A DNA stretch of 64,000 bases from Takakia lepidozioides (Eukaryota > Plantae > Bryophyta). The notes under the pieces are model-generated. The model searched no databases. It was not told the DNA's origin and was given only the letters and a program-made list of their open reading frames with translations. A program made the position numbers and the translations under genes. Positions 61,380-64,000 of this stretch are shown here, in pieces. Position 1 is the stretch's first letter. Each line of letters begins with the position of its first letter. The DNA lies in assembly GCA_030704615.1 (NCBI GenBank), contig CM060732.1:58590001-58654000 (forward strand), in the 5' to 3' direction.

Positions 61380-64000
61380 GACGACAAACAATTCACATGC
61401 AAAGGGCTGGCTTGCGGCTGGGCACTTTCAACTTCTCAGGGCTGACTAATCAAAGGAAACAACTCGGAGTGGGACAAGTTCTTCGGGCTAATGATATTCA
61501 CATCTGTGCTGGGCAAGAGACATGGGAAACGCCGGATAAACTGGTTGGAGATGTCAATGGTTATAAATGGGCGGGTAAGATGTGTACTCTCTCAAGGCAG
61601 CCTCTGCCAAACGCGGTCAGAAAGGGGTTGGATTATTAGTCCGTGATTTCTTGTTTGACAATTGTGAAATTATCAACAAGGGTTCAAGGTATGAGCATAG
61701 TATCGGGCTAAAACTGAAACTGAAGGGCGGCGTGGGGTTGTGTTTACATGCCCACAGAGGGGACCCTTAGTGCTGACGCAGACAAAGCCTTCGAAGATGT
61801 AAAGCTAGACTGTGCTTCGTTCCTTGCCAAAGCTATTGGGTGACTTCAATGCCCGGGTGGGCAAAGGTCTCCATCAGGTTGATGTCATTGGGCCTTATGG
61901 TGAGTATGAACCAGCGTTGGCCGGGTATAGCACTTTACCTCGGCTAGTGAGTTGGTTACCACCCTGGTTAGTAGGTATACATAACCGCATACAAGGTATT
62001 TTTACAAAACAGAGCAAATAGATAACCGTCCGTTGGGAGGTGAGTATGTATATGTATATGTACCCTATATTAAGGTTAGCACTACCCGGATTAGTAAGGC
62101 GTTTTGACCACCCCTAGAGCGGTTGCAGTATAGGACACGTTTCTCCTCACACAACGCAACTGCATTGATTGCCATGATTGCCTTCCTCCTCACACACAAC
62201 GCAGCTTCATTGATTGCATACCTCACTATTGGCAACTTTTGCAAGAGGTGTGCTCAGTACGTATAATTTATTGCTATGTTAAATGTTAGCCAACTTCCCT
62301 CTTTGATTTTCTTCCTTTCTTGCTGTAGTCATTTTATTTGTCATTGTGGATAAATCTTTCATGTACTTGGAACATTTTGGCATTATCTATTTATTACTCA
62401 TCTTTATTAAAGGTTCATTTGAATGTCATGTGGGAATTGATTATTTTTAACAAAAATCATTAAGAAATACAAGTGTCCATTCAATATATTATATGTAACC
62501 GCCAATTGCATATATATCCGCCAATTTTAGGACACCTCTAACCGTCCTATTCATAACCGTCGAAATTTGAAGAATTTTGTAGAATAGATAATCGGTGGAT
62601 ATATTAAAATAAAAAAACTATCCTTATACATAACCATGGAGTGTGTCCATCCCAAAAATATTGAAATAACCTTAACCGGCGGATATGTAAAATTATTATA
62701 ACCGGCCAACACTGGTATGAACTCTAATAGCAGACGGTTACTTAACTGTATGGAAGAGCTTCAACTTTTGACCTTGAATAATAGGACAAAAGGTGACCAA
62801 GTGCAGTGGACTCGTAAACTGGGAACGTTCCATTGTGGATTACATCATAATGGACAAAAATTTGTTTCCCCAGAGTGCCAATGCGTTGATCAACAGAACT
62901 GATATTGGTACCTCTGACCACTTCTTGGTTTGGACTGAGATCAAAAGGCGTTTTCCCAACACCAAAAGATCTGTGAAACGTTCGATTCAGAAGTGGCGCA
63001 TAGAAAAATTCCATAATGAAGAGGTCAAGGCTGAGTATGTATAGGCCTTGCAAGATGCTCTCCCTCATTTTGTCCACTCGCTCCAAGACCTTCAGTCTCG
63101 CTCTGACAATGCAAGAAATGGAGTCGAAAGAGCAGTGGATTCTTGGGGGAGTTTCGTCTCTGTGGTTGACAAGATCATTGGGAGGAAACTAATTGCGGTA
63201 GAGCTGTTAATTGGTGGACCAATGAGATTAAACTCAAGATAGCTGAGAGACGAGTCATTTATAAAGAGTGCTGCAATTTGGAAACCAACAAAGAATTGTG
63301 GGCGAGGTACTATCAGATCTGTAAAGATATCAATCAGCTTGAAGGGCTCAGAAGAGATTATACTGGGACAAGTTATACAGTGCAATAACCACCATGGTGG
63401 TATTGACAAGAGATTCTGGTTGGCTCTTCAGCGTTTGTACAAGCCGAAAAGTTGTCAGCAAGTACGTAGACTACTAAGGGTGCAGTGGTGACTTCATTGG
63501 TTGACATTGTCAAAACCTTTGAAACCCACTACAGTATCATTGGCAGAACTTCTAGGTCTAACAGTGAGGGGTCCTCTGATGAATGGAAGGACACGGTTGG
63601 TAAAACTATTCCTATGATTCAAAACAGCCATGATGAAGTGGAGTATATTTCAAAGGCCTACAACGCTCCCATTAGTTCTTCTGAGATTGTGGAAGCAATT
63701 GAACATCTAAATGGATGTAAAGCAGGTGGTCCTGATGGCATAGTCAACGAGCTTATCAAGCACGGTGGCGATCCCATGATAGAGGCCCTAGTTCTCCTCT
63801 TTAACCTTATCTAGAAGACTGAAATGATCCTCTTTCACTGGGGACAGGGGGTCATTGTCAATCTACATAAGAAGGGTGACAGAGAAGACCCGGGGAACTA
63901 CCGTGGCATCATGCTTCTCAATGCTGTTGGCAAGATATTTTGCAGAGTTATAAGTACTCGTCTCGAGGTTGATCTGGAATCTAGAGGTGGTTTTTTCACG
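61380..64000 (+). mobile_element. Degenerate LINE ORF2 (APE endonuclease to RT N-terminus) in a PBC1 intron, running off the window
   Basis: GTFN, QETW, GVGLLV, LGDFNARVG, IVDYII, SDHFLV, KAGGPDGIVNE and KKGDREDPGNYRGI. Confidence 0.88.
61912..62714. mobile_element. Non-autonomous hAT-type element nested in the LINE
   Basis: 18-bp TIR CAG(C/T)GTTGGCCGG(G/T)TATA. 8-bp TSD GTATGAAC at 61904-61911 and 62715-62722. Confidence 0.92.

Overview
Repeat-rich eukaryotic DNA with GT-AG introns, most likely from a non-seed land plant (inferred from PLS-type PPRs, an ascorbate oxidase and chromovirus/LINE/hAT content). There are three host genes: L-ascorbate oxidase (38286-40965,+), a DUF2236/MpaB-like oxygenase (43595-48047,-) and the 5' part of proteasome beta-3 (60142-61091+,+). 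The highlight is a family of Ty3/Gypsy retrotransposons with domain order gag-PR-DNMT3-like cytosine methyltransferase-RT-RH-INT-PHD. It is present as one full-length copy (2902-13979,-, 4-bp TSD CCTT), one 5'-truncated copy (22836-28082,+) and one 3'-end remnant (50567-51830,-). Its termini are split or permuted repeats rather than ordinary LTRs: B...body...PPT-A-gc-B-t-A. This is the structure expected if a 2-LTR circle is opened at an internal palindromic GACA-gc-TGTC site. A second unusual element is a degenerate tandem array (14925-21990) in which the PDF motif of organellar ssDNA-binding (OSB) proteins is fused in frame to PLS-class PPR repeats. The rest is a rearranged chromovirus, three hAT-type MITEs with 8-bp TSDs, intronic LINEs and other TE debris.
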